DNA of 64,000 nucleotides, taken from assembly GCA_043228905.1 (NCBI GenBank), contig JBHGNT010000002.1, forward strand, positions 16,926,001 through 16,990,000. The letters run 5' to 3'. Positions 1 through 13,131 of this stretch are shown in pieces; within the stretch, counting starts at the first letter, position 1, and each line of letters opens with the position of its first letter. The notes below the pieces were generated by a model, which saw only the letters and a list, made by a program, of their open reading frames with translations, was not told the DNA's origin and did not search any database. Source of the DNA: Azolla caroliniana (lineage: Eukaryota; Plantae; Polypodiophyta). The translations under genes and the position numbers were made by a program.

Positions 1-22
1 TGGATATGGATCAGACGGCGAA

Positions 23-1960
23 ATGGGATACCGACTCTGGGACCCCGAACGCAGACAAATCGTTCGAAGTTCGGACGTTGTGTTCAACGAGTCGGCTATG
101 AATCCATCAGTCGCAACACCGACCGAAGTCCGAAGGGTAACATTTTCCGATGTGCCGACCCTTCAAGAAGGCCCCGCTCTTAACACACGGTCAGCTTCAC
201 GGGTAGCTAAACCTTACACTACCGACTCGGACAACTCTGACTCGGCACAGCAGAATAATTCGCTTTCGGACCATCCGACCTCGATACCCGATACGACCAG
301 TCCAATCATACCTCGACGATCCGAGAGACTGTCGCAACCTCCGGAGAGGTATTCTCCTGGAATTTTCTTCACCGACGCCGGCGAACTGACGTCTTACGAA
401 GAAGCATCGACATCTGTCGATTCAGCCACCTGGCATCTGGCGATGGAGTCGGAAATGCACTCCATTCGGGCAAACAAGACTTGGGATCTGGTCGAATTAC
501 CTAAGAATCGACGTGCTCTTCCTTGCAAGTGGGTTTATCGACTAAAAGAGACGTCTGATTCGACCACCCCAAAGTACAAGGCCAGATTAGTTGCGAAGGG
601 CTTCCGACAAGAATATGGCGTCGACTTCGACGAGATTTTTTCACCAGTGGTGAAAATGACAACCCTTCGTTTTCTACTCGGCGTAGTGGCAGCCGACAAC
701 TTGGAGCTGATTCAGCTAGATGTCAAAACAGCCTTCCTCCATGGTGATCTTGAAGAGGAAATTTATATGGAGCAGCCAAAAGGCTTCGTGGCAACTGGCC
801 AAGAACATCTAGTCTGTCGACTCAGGAAGAGTCTATACGGCCTCAAACAGGCACCGCGACAATGGTACAAGAAGTTCGATGACTTCATCCAATCGATCGG
901 CTTCTCAAAAAGCGATGAGGACCATTGTCTTTTTACCAACACAGCTCAAGATGGATCACCCATCTTCCTCATCATTTACGTGGACGACATGCTAATTTCT
1001 GGACGCCACGCGGGCGAACTTGCCGATCTCATTCGGCAATTGCGGTTGAAGTTTGCCATGAAGGACCTCGGTCCGGCACGACACATACTTGGAATGAAGA
1101 TTAGTCGGCATCGCGATAAACGACATCTTTTTTTGTCTCAGACCGACTATATCGGACGTGTCTTGGAACGCTTCAACATGCAATCAGCCAAATCTGCTTC
1201 AACCCCGCTCCCCATGAATCTTCGGCTCTCTCAGCGAGACTGCCCGACATCCGGTCCGGAGGGGGAAGATATGAAGTCGGTACCGTATGCACCGGCAGTC
1301 GGCTCCCTTATGTACCTGATGGTCGCGACACGGCCTGATATTTCTCATGTCGTAGGAGTCGTTAGCAGATTTATGCACAATCCTGGCCGATCGCATTGGA
1401 ACGCAGTCAAGCATGTGTTCAAATATCTGGCTGGCACAAAAGACCACGGCATTCTTTTCGGTCCGAACTCAACCTCAGGCGTAGTCGGTTACACCGACTC
1501 GGACTTCGCCGGCTGTATAGACAGTCGGAAATCAACAACTGGATACTGCTTCAAATTCGGCAATGGAGCAATTTCGTGGAAGTCGAAACTTCAGGAGTGC
1601 ACAGCGACCTCAACGACCGAAGCAGAATATGTAGCTGCGTCCGACGCTGCAAAAGAAGCTTTGTGGCTCGGCCGGCTAGCGCACACGTTTCGACAAGTCG
1701 ACCATGACTCGGCCCCAGTTGTCTATAGCGACAGTCAAGGTGCTGTTGCCTTGTCGAAAAATCCGGTTCACCACAACGCCTCCAAACATATCGACGTTCG
1801 ATATCACTTCGTTCGGGACTGCGTCATTTCAGGGAAAATCGGTCTAGAGAAAATATCCACAACCGACAATGTCGCAGATGGAATGACCAAGTGTCTCTCG
1901 GCAGACCGCTTTCGGTCCCTTCGGCATCAGATGGGCGTGACGACAAACCAGTCCGGTTAG
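23..1960 (+). CDS. Copia polyprotein C-terminal part (end of integrase, RT, RNase H)
   Basis: KARLVAKGF, QLDVKTAFLHG, LYGLKQAPRQW, YVDD, GYTDSDFAG, SKHIDVRYHF motifs; uninterrupted ORF. Confidence 0.95.
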   Translation: MGYRLWDPERRQIVRSSDVVFNESAMNPSVATPTEVRRVTFSDVPTLQEGPALNTRSASRVAKPYTTDSDNSDSAQQNNSLSDHPTSIPDTTSPIIPRRSERLSQPPERYSPGIFFTDAGELTSYEEASTSVDSATWHLAMESEMHSIRANKTWDLVELPKNRRALPCKWVYRLKETSDSTTPKYKARLVAKGFRQEYGVDFDEIFSPVVKMTTLRFLLGVVAADNLELIQLDVKTAFLHGDLEEEIYMEQPKGFVATGQEHLVCRLRKSLYGLKQAPRQWYKKFDDFIQSIGFSKSDEDHCLFTNTAQDGSPIFLIIYVDDMLISGRHAGELADLIRQLRLKFAMKDLGPARHILGMKISRHRDKRHLFLSQTDYIGRVLERFNMQSAKSASTPLPMNLRLSQRDCPTSGPEGEDMKSVPYAPAVGSLMYLMVATRPDISHVVGVVSRFMHNPGRSHWNAVKHVFKYLAGTKDHGILFGPNSTSGVVGYTDSDFAGCIDSRKSTTGYCFKFGNGAISWKSKLQECTATSTTEAEYVAASDAAKEALWLGRLAHTFRQVDHDSAPVVYSDSQGAVALSKNPVHHNASKHIDVRYHFVRDCVISGKIGLEKISTTDNVADGMTKCLSADRFRSLRHQMGVTTNQSG

Positions 1961-2154
1961 AGCCGGACACAGCGCAAGATGGTTTCAGACAACCGACATC
2001 AGTTCCTTAATGATCGGCTTCAACTCTTCCGACCCGACCAGTCCGGTCTTCTGCCTTCGGACCCTGCCGACCCGAACAAAAACTGATATGTCCGAGAACC
2101 TAGGTTTATACCTGTAATCTTAGATAACCCATGTATACGCCCATTACGGGGGAG

Positions 2155-2340
2155 TGTCGAATACAAGTGTATAATGGACGTATTCACACTATCCCTTTGT
2201 ATAGCTCAATTTTGGGCCATTTGTGTAATTAGCATAAATGGTAGTTGCCCTAAGTTTGTCACTATATAAAGTGACCTAGTAACCTTTTTGTAAGGTTGGT
2301 TGTATTATTGTTTTCTATGAAATAGAAAGAGTCTTTTGTG

Positions 2341-2400
<60 letters not shown>

Positions 2401-2487
2401 ACGATCTTGGAGACTGTCATACGCAGGTACTCAACCCTAATCGAATGCTGCTTGATCTTCCGCATCGACACGGCCTTGTCTCCAACA
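2155..2487 (+). repeat. 3' LTR of Copia A, containing a (CT)n microsatellite
   Basis: TGTCGAATAC...CTCCAACA directly after the PPT; TATA-like motif near 2263; related to LTRs at 11696-12064 and 29043-29311. Confidence 0.85.
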
Positions 2488-5400
2488 CATAACTCAAATT
2501 AGGTCTTGTCATGGTCAAATATATGAGGTTGTCCACCATAGACTTGTACATGTTTACATCTTCTATTTTGCTCCCAAATCAGCCCTCAATTTGCAGTTCT
2601 TATCTAGTGCTACACCAATAGGTTTGCATCCAAGCATACCATACTTCTTCAACATAGTTGTTGCATACTATTTTTGCAACATATATATACCACTTTCAGA
2701 TCTGATCATCTCGATGCCAAGAAAGTATCTCAACTCTCCCAAGTCTTTCATATGAAATTGCATTTCCAGATTTTTTTTAGTTTTCTTATTTCATCCATAG
2801 AATCACCTCTGATGATTAAATCATCAACATAAATCAAGATAACAACAATGCAATCATTTATCTTCTTTACATATAGTGATGGATCAACTTTTGACATTTT
2901 CAAAGCAATTTTTTTCAAAGATTCTGAATGTTCTTTATGTCGTGCCCTTGGTGCTTGTTTCAGTCCATAGAGAGCCTTTTTCAGCCTACATACATATTTT
3001 GGATGCTTCTTATCTTCAAAACTTGGTGGTTGACACATATACACTTCTTCTTCTAAGTTACCATTTAAAAAAACATTTTTTACATCCATATGGTGTAGAA
3101 CCCATCTTTTGGCTACACTCACAACAAGTAGTGTTCTCAAGGTTGCCATTTTTGCAACCGGTGCAAAATGTTTCATCATAATCAATACCTTGCATCTAGA
3201 CATATCCCTTTGCCACAAGTCTTGCTTTATGTCTACTAGCATTTCCATTGGAATCATGCTTTGTCTTGTAGACCCATTTGCAACCTACAACATTTTTTCC
3301 TTTCGGTAACTTTACCAAATCCCATGTTCTGTTTTCAGCCAATACATCTATTTCTTCTTGCATTGCATTCACCCATTTCTTTTCAGATTTTGCTTCATCA
3401 AAACTATTTGGATTAGGGATTTGTACCACTGTATGCGTAACATAACCAAATCTTTCAATGGTCTTTTTCTCTGTATCTGATCTTCTCAGTTTTTTATTTG
3501 CATCCTTCATTGCTTTTTCCATACCAGGGATTTTCAAGGCTCGTATACCAAGCTCATCATCCAATGATGTATTTGAATCTACATCTTCCATGTTTCTAGA
3601 TCCATCATCAAGCATTTCATATTCTGGCATCTTCTGTTTTCCCTTTTTATCATCATATTTTTTGTGTCTTGCATTTTTTCCACTCCATGCATTAGATTCA
3701 GATTTACTACCTGAGCTTCCAGATGGTCCTGTACATTCCATTGATGTGGAACTTTGTTGTCCAACAATGTTTCCATCTCCATGGCAATCTCTTCCATTTT
3801 CAAATTTTTCTCTATCTTCATTTTCACAGTCTTCATCAGTTTCTACATTTTGTTTTGGATTGTACCAGCTGCCCAACTCCTCAAATATTACATCATGGCT
3901 TACCACAATGTTTTTTGTTAATGGGTTATAGCATCTATACCCTTTTTGCTCCTCTGAATATCCAACAAGAACACATTTTTCAGCTTTTGGATCAAGCTTA
4001 CTTCTTACTTTAGCAGGTACATGAACATAGGCAAGGCATCCAAACACTTTTAAGTGTCCTAAACTAGGTTTCCTTCCATAGAAACATTCTTCAGGAGTTA
4101 CTTCATGTACTCCAGATGTTATACATCTATTTAAGATATAGTTTGCTGTGTTTACAACTTCTTCCCAATAATACAATGACATATTTTTTTCTGTCATTAA
4201 TGCCCTTGCTATGTTCACAAGAGTTCTGTTTTTCCTCTCAGCAACTCCATTTTGTTGTGGAGTATATCTACATGTGAATTGTCTCCTTATTCCTTGATTG
4301 CATAGAAAATCAGATCTTAAACATTTTATTCTAGTTCTAGCCTGCTTTTCTACCATGCATTTGAACTTACGAAAGCAATCAAATACTTCACTTTTTTCTT
4401 TCATGAAGTAAACCCATGTTTTCCTTGAGCAATCATCAATAAATGTTACATAAAACTTACATCCACTAATTGATGCATTTTTTGTTGGTCCCCATACATA
4501 TGTATGTACCAAATCCAACAAATTTTTGCTTACATGTCTTTCATGAGGGAAAGGCAACCTGTTTTGCTTTCCATATTGACATGGTTCACATATTTTGCTC
4601 ATCTCACAGTCTTTGAGCTTAGGCAGTCCAGCCACTGCATTTTTCCTCAACATATTTTTCAAGGTTTGCATACTTATGTGACCGATTCTTTTATGCCACA
4701 TTTCTACATCTGAGATTACACTCATTCCTTCTACAAACATGGTTGTAATCTTTATAGGCATATCAACATCTAACACAAACATCCTTCCTTGTCGTTTTCC
4801 TTTTGCAATAAGTTTTCCTTGTTTCTCTATAAAGCATCCACTTTGCTTGAACTTAACTTGCATTCCTTGCTCTACTATCTGTCCAATAGAAATCAGATTT
4901 TTTGCAAGGTTTGGAACATGCATCACATTCAACATATACTTTGTTTTTCCTTTTTCTTCCCACAATGGGATATCTCCAACATGCTCTATTTGGTGAGTAG
5001 TATTATCACATGTTTGTACATAACTAGGAATCTCTGGTTCCCTTAAACTTTCAAACCAATTTGCATGTCCTGTCATATGATTAGATGCCCGAGAATCTAC
5101 ATACCACATATTAAACTCTTCATTGCATCTCTGTGAACATTCAACCATTGTTGTTTCATGTTGCACCACCAATGCATCATCTTTATCACAATCTTCACTA
5201 GTTGAAGCATAGTTATTTTGTTATCTCTTCCCTCTTTTTTCATCATTTTTCTTTTTATAGCATTCAGCCTGTGTATGGCCTGGTTTTCCACAATACCAAC
5301 AACCATCATCATTCAAATAATTTTGTTTACCTCTACCTTGATTGCTCCCCCTACCTCTGATGTTGTTTCTTCCACTTACAACCTGTTGTCCTCTTCCTTG

Positions 5401-6657
5401 ATAATTGTTGTTGGTTCTAGCTGAACCAAATCTTCCATGGCCTCTTCCTCAGCCTCTTCCAACACTATTGTAGAGGGCTTGCCCCTGAGTCTTAGGGTTT
5501 CCTTTGTTTACATCATCCATTTGATTTCTTTCTTCCACTACAAGCATTGAAATCAGATCTAGAAAACTTGGGATGTTATCCTTAGTGAGGATAGATGTTT
5601 TGAAGCTTTTATATTGAGGTCCTAAACCTCTTAAGCATATTTCCACCTTATCATCATCTTCTACCTTCACATTGATAGAAGCAAGTGATTCACATATGCT
5701 CTTTATTTTCAGAGCATACTCATTCACTGACATCTTACATTTTTCCAAGGTATTTAGCTCAGTCTTCAACTGAATCTTTCTAGCCTTTGTGTTCACTGCA
5801 AACAGTTTTACTAAATTGTCCCAAGCTTCTTTTGGAAGCATAACATCTTGTATGTGTCCAAGCATCGAATCTGAGATGATAAGTGAGAGCCAATGCAATA
5901 CCTTTCTTGCCCCTTGATTCCATTCCTTAAATGCTTTAATTTGTGCAGTAGTTGCATTTTCGTCCGAGATCTTTGGAGCCTCTAGGTCTCCTTCAATGTA
6001 ATCCCAGTATCCTTTTCCCATTAGGAAATTTGGCATTCTGAATTTCCACGCCGGGAAATTGTTTTTATCTAGCTTTTCTATGACTATTTGGCTTCCATTC
6101 TCAGCCGTCATTCTCTCTTTCAATTAGGTCTTTTGTTATGATTAACTTCACAGACAACTCTCTTATTCAAATCAGCAACCAGAACCAAACCTCTCAGATC
6201 TGTACTGTTCTAATCTTCTTTATGAGCAACTCTACTCTGATATCATGTTACGAAGGCGCCCCGACTCTTCTTTGTGCACAACGGATCGTGATGTGCTGGA
6301 TCGTTTAGTTCTTAAGACAGAAAGGAAGGGGATGGAGACTTACCTCTGTGTAGCAAACCAAAAAACTTCGTCTATTTCATTACACGCAGAGCTCAACTCG
6401 CTCTCATCAGTTTTCTGTTTTTTTTGTTCTTTTTCTTCCCTCTACTCTCTTTTTTACTTACTACACTTACTTTTTACCTAAGTACATAAGTGACTTATAT
6501 ATGCAACTAATCAACTGTCAAGAGCTAAATAGTTGTTGTTGTGCATAGCTAAATAACTGTTTCACCTTTATGTCCACTAATAGCTGATTAGCTAATAGCT
6601 ACTATAGCTTATTTCTCAATAAGCATTGCATACCTTTGTTGAGCTTGCTTCTCAATA
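2488..6657 (-). mobile_element. Degenerate Ty1/Copia element B, same family as Copia E (30663-45345)
   Basis: gag 5449-6123; protease-integrase 3196-5172 (WYVDSRASNHM, TPQQNGVAERKNR); frameshifted RT 2748-3257; 5' LTR 6246-6657 matching the 30663-31084 LTR in reverse; mutated Met PBS at 6235-6245. Confidence 0.92.
6246..6657 (-). repeat. 5' LTR of Copia B
   Basis: Reverse-complement match to LTRs 30663-31084 and 44942-45345; adjacent to the PBS. Confidence 0.88.
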
Positions 6658-7895
6658 GTATCTACCCCTCTAATCATCGTAGTAATAAGTAGTTGGTAAT
6701 CAGTAGTCGGTACCAACTTCATATCTTCCCCCTACAGACCAGATGTCGAACAGTCTTGCTAAGACAACCGAACGCTAATGGGGAGGGGGGTCGAAGTTAA
6801 TTTTGTCGATTGCATGTGGAATCATTCTAAGACACATCCAATATAGTTATCTTGGGACAAAAACAATTGTCATCGATTTCGAATTTGACTTATCTTCATT
6901 CCCAAAATGTGTCTTACTGGACTAAGGTCCTTCATGGCAAACTTCAACCACAGTGGTCGAACGAGTTCGGTGAGCTCTCTAGCATGCCGATTGGAAAGTA
7001 GCATGTCGTCCACATAGATGATGAGGAAGATGGGTGACCCATCTCGAGGTGTTTTAGTGAAGAGGCATTGGTCCTTATCGCTCTTGGAGAAACCGACCGA
7101 GTGTATGAAATCGTCAAACTTCTTATACCACTTTCAGGGTGCCTGTTTGAGGCCGTATAGACTCTTCTTGAGTCTCCAGACTAGATGTTCCTGGCTGGAT
7201 GCCATGAAGCCTTTTGGTTGCTCCATATAGATCTCCTCCTCTAGGTCTTCATGAAGGAATGTTGTTTTGACATCTAGTTGGATTAGCTCTAAATCCTCGA
7301 CTGCCATGATGTCGAGCATAAAGCAAAGGGTTTTCATTTTCACCATTGGTGAAAAGATTTCGTCGAAGTTGATGCCATATTCCCATCGAAAGCCTTTCGT
7401 TACTAATATGGCCTTGAATTTTGGGGTGGTCGAATTAGATGTCTCTTTTAATCTATAGACCCACTTGCATGGAAGAGCACGTCGATTTTTTGGTAATTCA
7501 TTGTACCCATTGTTTGACACAATAGGTGTGGTAATGAATTAGTAATGAATCAGCAGTCTCGATAGCTTAGATACGTGTCAAACATTGTGTAGTACTAGCG
7601 TAGAGCCACCCAGAAGGTTAAGCGCAGTGCTACGAGTTTCCGACTCAAATTAAGTCAGAATGTTAGGCCGAATATTGCCGAAATTGGGATTGATGAGGGG
7701 TCACATGGTAGGATCCACCTGAATCCTTGAGCCATGTGCTCGATTCTTCAGTCGTAAGCAGAACTTCTGATTCAACTAACTATTCTATGAATAGAATGTT
7801 CAAGTCGTCCGTCAAATCTTCGACTGAAGAGCCGATGTAGTTGACCTCCTCATGCCGGCGAACCTACTTATGAACTCACTGAGCTTTGCCATTCT

Positions 7896-8327
7896 TGGTG
7901 TAGATTTTAGGGTTAGGGTTAATATATTATTATGATGATGATTGATGATGAAGATAGACATGGTGTAATAGTGAAGATGATGAACGACATGATGGTGAGA
8001 GAGATCATGAAGGTGTTGACAAGCATTGATTGGTGGGGGGTTCAACGTTAAGGGGGAGAGAGAGAGAAAAAGAGATGACAAAGAGAGAGAGATTGAGAGA
8101 AAATGTTCCTTGTATTCATTCATTCCGCATAAGGGGTTAAATAGGTATAAAGGGGTAGATACACAAGGGTGCAACCCCCCTTGGCATTCACACCTAGTCA
8201 CTCACTCACACCTCTTTGTATCAACCACACTCACACTTACATTCACACTCATAATCATATAACATTACACATACACTACATCTTTCACCCTCACTTATCA
8301 ATCACCCGTACATCTCGTACGGTAACA
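7896..8327. repeat. Left LTR of the non-autonomous element
   Basis: Direct repeat of 10382-10813 with scattered substitutions. Confidence 0.9.
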
Positions 8328-10381
8328 CAATATGGCACGCCCGTGGGAGAGTGCCTTACACGTCGATCCCACATGCCTTGATCATAATCTTTCTTCGACC
8401 AAAACTTCCATTGGTCCTCTCAACGATCAACTCCCTCGATCGGAGCACTTGACTCGAACATCTCCTTCGGTCAGCGACTTCATCGACACGAACATTGTCG
8501 TTCTGTCGGCTCACAAACTTTAGTAACATCATTCGGGTCGTCAAAAAGACGTTGTGTGTATGTGTGTTCTTCTTTGTATCTTGTGAGTTGTGTGTGGATC
8601 GTGTCCATTTCTTTTAGGTTCATGAGTTTTTGAAATTCCGTAGGTGCCCTTTGATTTTTTAAAATTTTGACAATGCCATCACATTTTTCAAAATTCTTCG
8701 GATGCCCTCAGATTTTCAAAACTCCTCGAATGCCCCTTATCATTCTCTTTTTCCCTCTATTTTCTTTTCTTGTTTTCTTCTTTTTCTCTTGCTTCTATTG
8801 TTTCCCTCCTTTCTATCTATCTGTCTCCTCTGATTCCTTCCTTCTTCTTCTTCTTGTTTTCTTCTTCTTCAACGTCTCTTTCTCTTCTTTTGTTTTGGTG
8901 GTAGCTTTGGGTCATCTTCCTGTCTTTCTTTTCCTTTTCTTTGTTCTTCCACTACTAATGGTGCTTTTCCTTCCTCTTCCTTCTCTGCTTCTTCTCTTTC
9001 TCCTTCTCCTTCTCCTTCTGCCTCTGTCTCTTCTCTGTCTATACATGTTTCTTTTGTCTTTCTCTTCTTGATCTATTTCTTCTTGTTTCTTATTCTCTAT
9101 TTCTCACTGTCTTTTGCTTCCTTCCTCTTTATCCTTTCCTTGTATGGCGTCGTTTTCCGTTCTTCGTCGTTGTCCATCTGGGTCGACGTCTCTATCTCCA
9201 TCACTGGTTGTTGATCCGTCGAAGTCGGTGTCGCCTCCTCTCAGCCGTTTGGCCCTGTCCGGTCGGTCTCTTTCTAGTTTTCGACCCTCGGTTTGGCCGC
9301 CACTTTCTGGCCTCTCCGGCCTTTTCCGTCTATGTCTTGGTCGTTGTCCCGTTGGACTTCGTAACCATCTCTGTTGGTTTCCGTCCGTTTGAGTCCGCGT
9401 TTGTCTGTCTGTATCTCCGACTCCGTCCGGTCCATCTGTCTGATCCGGCCGTTATTGTCTTTCCGGCCCGCCAGCAACTGTTCAGCTGTCCAGCCCGTCG
9501 TTTTAGCATCATCGTCATTCCGGTCGTCGGTTGTCTGGCCATTCCTGTCACTTTTCGGCGTGGTGTAGTCGTTCCAGTTGCAGTCTAGCCGCTTCTTGGG
9601 CCGCTTCGGCTGTCTAACTAGTCACTAATTTTTGCCGCCGCCAGTTGTAGGTGTCCGACCCTATCTTTCCGGTTCTCTGTTTGTTTGTTTGGCCTGTCTG
9701 GTTTGACAACCTTCGTTTTCGCACCGTTCGGCCACTCCGACCGTTATGTGTCTTTGCACATTCCAGAAATCGATCCAACCGCTATCCGGCGACTGTCGCT
9801 CTGTCGTTGCCACTGTACGACCGCCACTCCATACGGTCATTGTCTCTGTCCGACCGGACCGTTGTTGATTGGCCACCACTCTAGCCATTGGTATGTGGCC
9901 ACCGCCGTCCTATCGTCGTCCCAGCTCCATCACCGTTCCGACTGTTCGGCCCATTTCGGTCGTCGTTTGGCAGTGCTCTGTCCAACCCATCTGGCCACTC
10001 CAGCCACTATTCGGCTATTCCGGCCGCCTCGGCTGCTCATCGACCACTATTTGGCCGCTCGTCCGTCGTTCTGGCTCCATCTCCGACCGCAACTTTCGTC
10101 CTTGTCTTCTTGGTTGTCTCTCACACCAGACTTTCTTGCACACACACATTGTCATTAACCGCACGCTTGAACATGCGTCTGTTGCGTATCCTTTTGCGAC
10201 GTCCTCTCGCACAACATCACCGTGTTGCATTCCTCAACCTAGACGGCTTCCAATCAACATCACCATTTCCCGCACATCTTCCATTTGATTTCTCACACAT
10301 TTCGTCGTTGCCATGTCTTTGCCGCGTAGTAGTCTTCGACCTTGTCTCCAAAAGGGGGATCCCATCGTGGTCGCCAAAAAG

Positions 10382-10813
10382 TGTTGTAGATTTTAGGGTT
10401 ACGGTTAATATATTATTATGATGATGATTGATTATGACGATAGACATGGTGTAATAGTGAAGATGATGAATGACATGATGGTGAGAGAGATCATGAAGAT
10501 GTTGACAAGAATTGAGGGGTGGGGGGTCAACGTTAAGGGGAGGAGAGAGAGAGAAAGAGGATGACAAAGAGAGAGAGATTGAGAGAAAATGTTCATTGTA
10601 TTCATTCATTCCCCATAAGGGGTTAAATAGGTACAAAGGGGTCGATACACAAGGGTGGAAGCCCCCTTGGCATTCACACCTAGTCACTCACTCACACCTC
10701 TTTGTATCAACCACACTCACACTTACATTCACACTCATAATTGTATAACATTACACATACATTACATCTTTCACCCTCACTTATCAATCACCCGTACATC
10801 TCGTACGGTAACA
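10382..10813. repeat. Right LTR of the non-autonomous element
   Basis: Direct repeat of 7896-8327; TGTT...AACA termini. Confidence 0.9.
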
Positions 10814-12064
10814 ATTCTTGGCTTTGAGGGTGCGGCAATTGTCTTTGATATGTGGGTTTCTTGCAATAGTTGCAAGTTCGATTATCCCAAGACTTGCTCT
10901 AGGTTTGCGTATTAGTCAACGGTCGGGAAGAACTTCTTCCTCGATTGTTCGTAAGAATGATTTCCTCTGAACTACTTCAGTCAGGATTGAGCTTGTGACT
11001 TCGGAGTAGTTTATTGCAGCAGTCGATGTATTGCACACAGTTGTGACGAAAGTTTCCTATGAAGGAGGGAGACTACTCATTAGGAACATTGTTTTTAGTT
11101 CGTCTTCAATTGTCGTCCCCTGAGCCAAATTTTGGAATCGGCTACGAACCGTGGTAGGGTGCAGCTGACTAGCTCACTCGAATTTGTTCTAACCGAATTT
11201 GAACACAAGCCGAATCGACTTCGACTATCGGTATGTTCTGTCTAGAGTGACTACAACCGATTGGCCTAGTCGAATTGAACTCGAGTTGTGCAGATTAATT
11301 AACCGATTGGATTTCGAAGAGCAGCTGGGTACTAAACTTGCTCAATGTGGCTAGAGTATGTGGAGGGACAGAGCCAACTGGTCTTCCCGAATATCACCTA
11401 GCCGGATTGCGCATAGTTAACTACTAGTCTTATTTTGATTCCCGATATCAAGGAACGATCACAAATTATGTGCCGTTTGTGCCGATTTTCTAGGCCAATC
11501 CTACCTCGATTGACTACGATGATTAGAGGGGTAGATCCGACTAGTCTTCCCCCGAATATCTAACAATTGGCAACGGTTCAGTTTTATCAAGCAAAGATAG
11601 TCAAAAGACCTTCAGAGGTTGCCAAAAAGAGATGTTGATGAAGATAAGAAGACGGTCGTTAACGAAATACAAAAGCACCAAGCTCTGATACCAAATGTTG
11701 TAGGCGATCGTCATGAAGCAGAACAAAACCAGCCCTCTTCAGATGAGGATCAACAAGTTGATAATAAAAACGAAGATGTATTAACAGATTGAAGACAATG
11801 AAAGCAACATAGACAAGATCAAGGAGAGCATCAAGGAGAAAGAAAGACACCAATAGGCACAAAACAGTGTAATTGTATTATTACTCTCCAAGTTATAATG
11901 GCACAATGTACAAAGTGAACCACATTACAACTAGGTTACAAGAGTCAGTTTAAATACCAACTAACTTAGGGCAATTGCCCTTTCTACTATTTACATAAAT
12001 AGCCTCGACCTAGTGTGTCCAATGAAGCAGTGTGAATATGTCCATTATACACCCGTATTCGATA

Positions 12065-12373
12065 GTGGAGAGAGAGACAAAGAGACAGACATACGTGTGA
12101 GAGAGAGAGACGTGAGAGAGGAAGTTTATGGTTATTATCCATGCATGCCCCATATGGGGTTAAATAGTACAATGAGGGTTACATATGAACGTGATACATA
12201 GGGGTGTATACCATTCACTGATACCCTTTCATATCTATCCACATGCACACACATGTGCATGTGGTCATATAAATATGTATATACTCACACTCACTCTCGC
12301 ACACATTTTCACATACACAACAACAAAACTATAAACTTGTACCCTTATCTATCCTCGTACCTCTCATATTACA
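12065..12373. repeat. LTR fragment distantly related to the 7896/10382 LTRs
   Basis: Shares the GA-rich block, CCCCATA..GGGGTTAAATAG, a CA-rich block and CTTATC..CTCGTAC..ACA end. Confidence 0.5.
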
Positions 12374-13131
12374 GTCCAATTCATTAATGCATAAACCAAA
12401 TAGTGTTGGTGAGAGTGAGCATCCTTGCTTAACACTAAGAGAGAGAGAGAGAGATCTTCTCACTAACAATATTTTAGTACACCTCTATCTTGGGATATGC
12501 ACTAAAAACCTTAGATGCACTTGATTAGGCAAGGAGGGAGATGTGGACACAGACAAAAGAGGGGAAGGATGTGTGTATTTTTATTTGACAAAAACAATCA
12601 TTAAATTTCACTTTTATTTTTAGGAGAAGTGATGATCAACTTTTTAGTGCCAAATCTTGGACTAATTTGAAATTTTTATGCTTTTTAGAATCAAGAAATT
12701 AGTACTAGAATTTTGGCACAAAAGTTGGTACAATGTAGCTTGCTTTCACCCGAAGGCAAATTATCTTTTGGGCAAAAATATCAAGGGCTCGGGATACCAC
12801 ATAGATGCTTCATTAATCTTGTCCTTAGATTCCTCATCTTTGAATTTTGATGAGAGTTTGAATATGGTGAAGTTTCATTGATTTCAAATCATCTTCAAAT
12901 ATCCAATCTTCCTCTTCCTCAAAATAAACATCAATCCTATGTTTTTGTGTTGAGCCACCTGATTAAGACATGATAATAATTTACTTACAAAATAGAAAGA
13001 TTTAGATAGGAGGAGTTTGCATAATGGAGAGTTGTTTTTAGCACTCCAAGATTATTTTCATAATTTTCAAATCAATATTCAAATTTTTTGCTAGGTTAAT
13101 GTAGACAGTAGGTTTAGTGCATTATATTTGG

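Larger units (their letters stand above)
1..2487 (+). mobile_element. Ty1/Copia LTR retrotransposon A, 3' part (5' end outside window), inserted into the RT of Copia B
   Basis: Intact RT-RNaseH ORF, PPT GGGGGAG (2148-2154), then a TG...CA LTR at 2155-2487; Copia B RT sequence resumes at 2488. Confidence 0.93.
7896..10813. mobile_element. Non-autonomous LTR element (LARD/TRIM-like, Tat-like primer sites) with a PBS-like site beside each LTR
   Basis: 432-bp direct LTRs at 7896-8327 and 10382-10813 (TG...AACA); TSD ATTCT at 7891-7895 and 10814-10818; ~2 kb pyrimidine-rich interior with no recognisable gag/pol. Confidence 0.88.
6709..12064 (-). mobile_element. Degenerate, internally deleted Copia C (family of Copia A), interrupted by the 7896-10813 element
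   Basis: RT fragment 6709-7500 (ELPKNRRALPCKWVY, LYGLKQAP); probable gag/leader sequence on both sides of the insertion; PBS TGGTATCAGAGC at 11682-11693; 5' LTR 11696-12064. Confidence 0.8.

Noticed and set aside
7891-7898. Apparent 8-bp TSD (ATTCTTGG) around the LTR element, with LTRs starting at 7899 and 10385
   Set aside because: Better explained by a 5-bp TSD ATTCT plus an LTR starting TGTTGTAG (one substitution in the left copy). That gives TGTT/AACA termini and symmetric 5-nt spacers. Other copies would settle it.
8667-9071. Hydrophobic Phe/Leu-rich ORF (env- or membrane-protein-like)
   Set aside because: A by-product of CT-rich low-complexity DNA.
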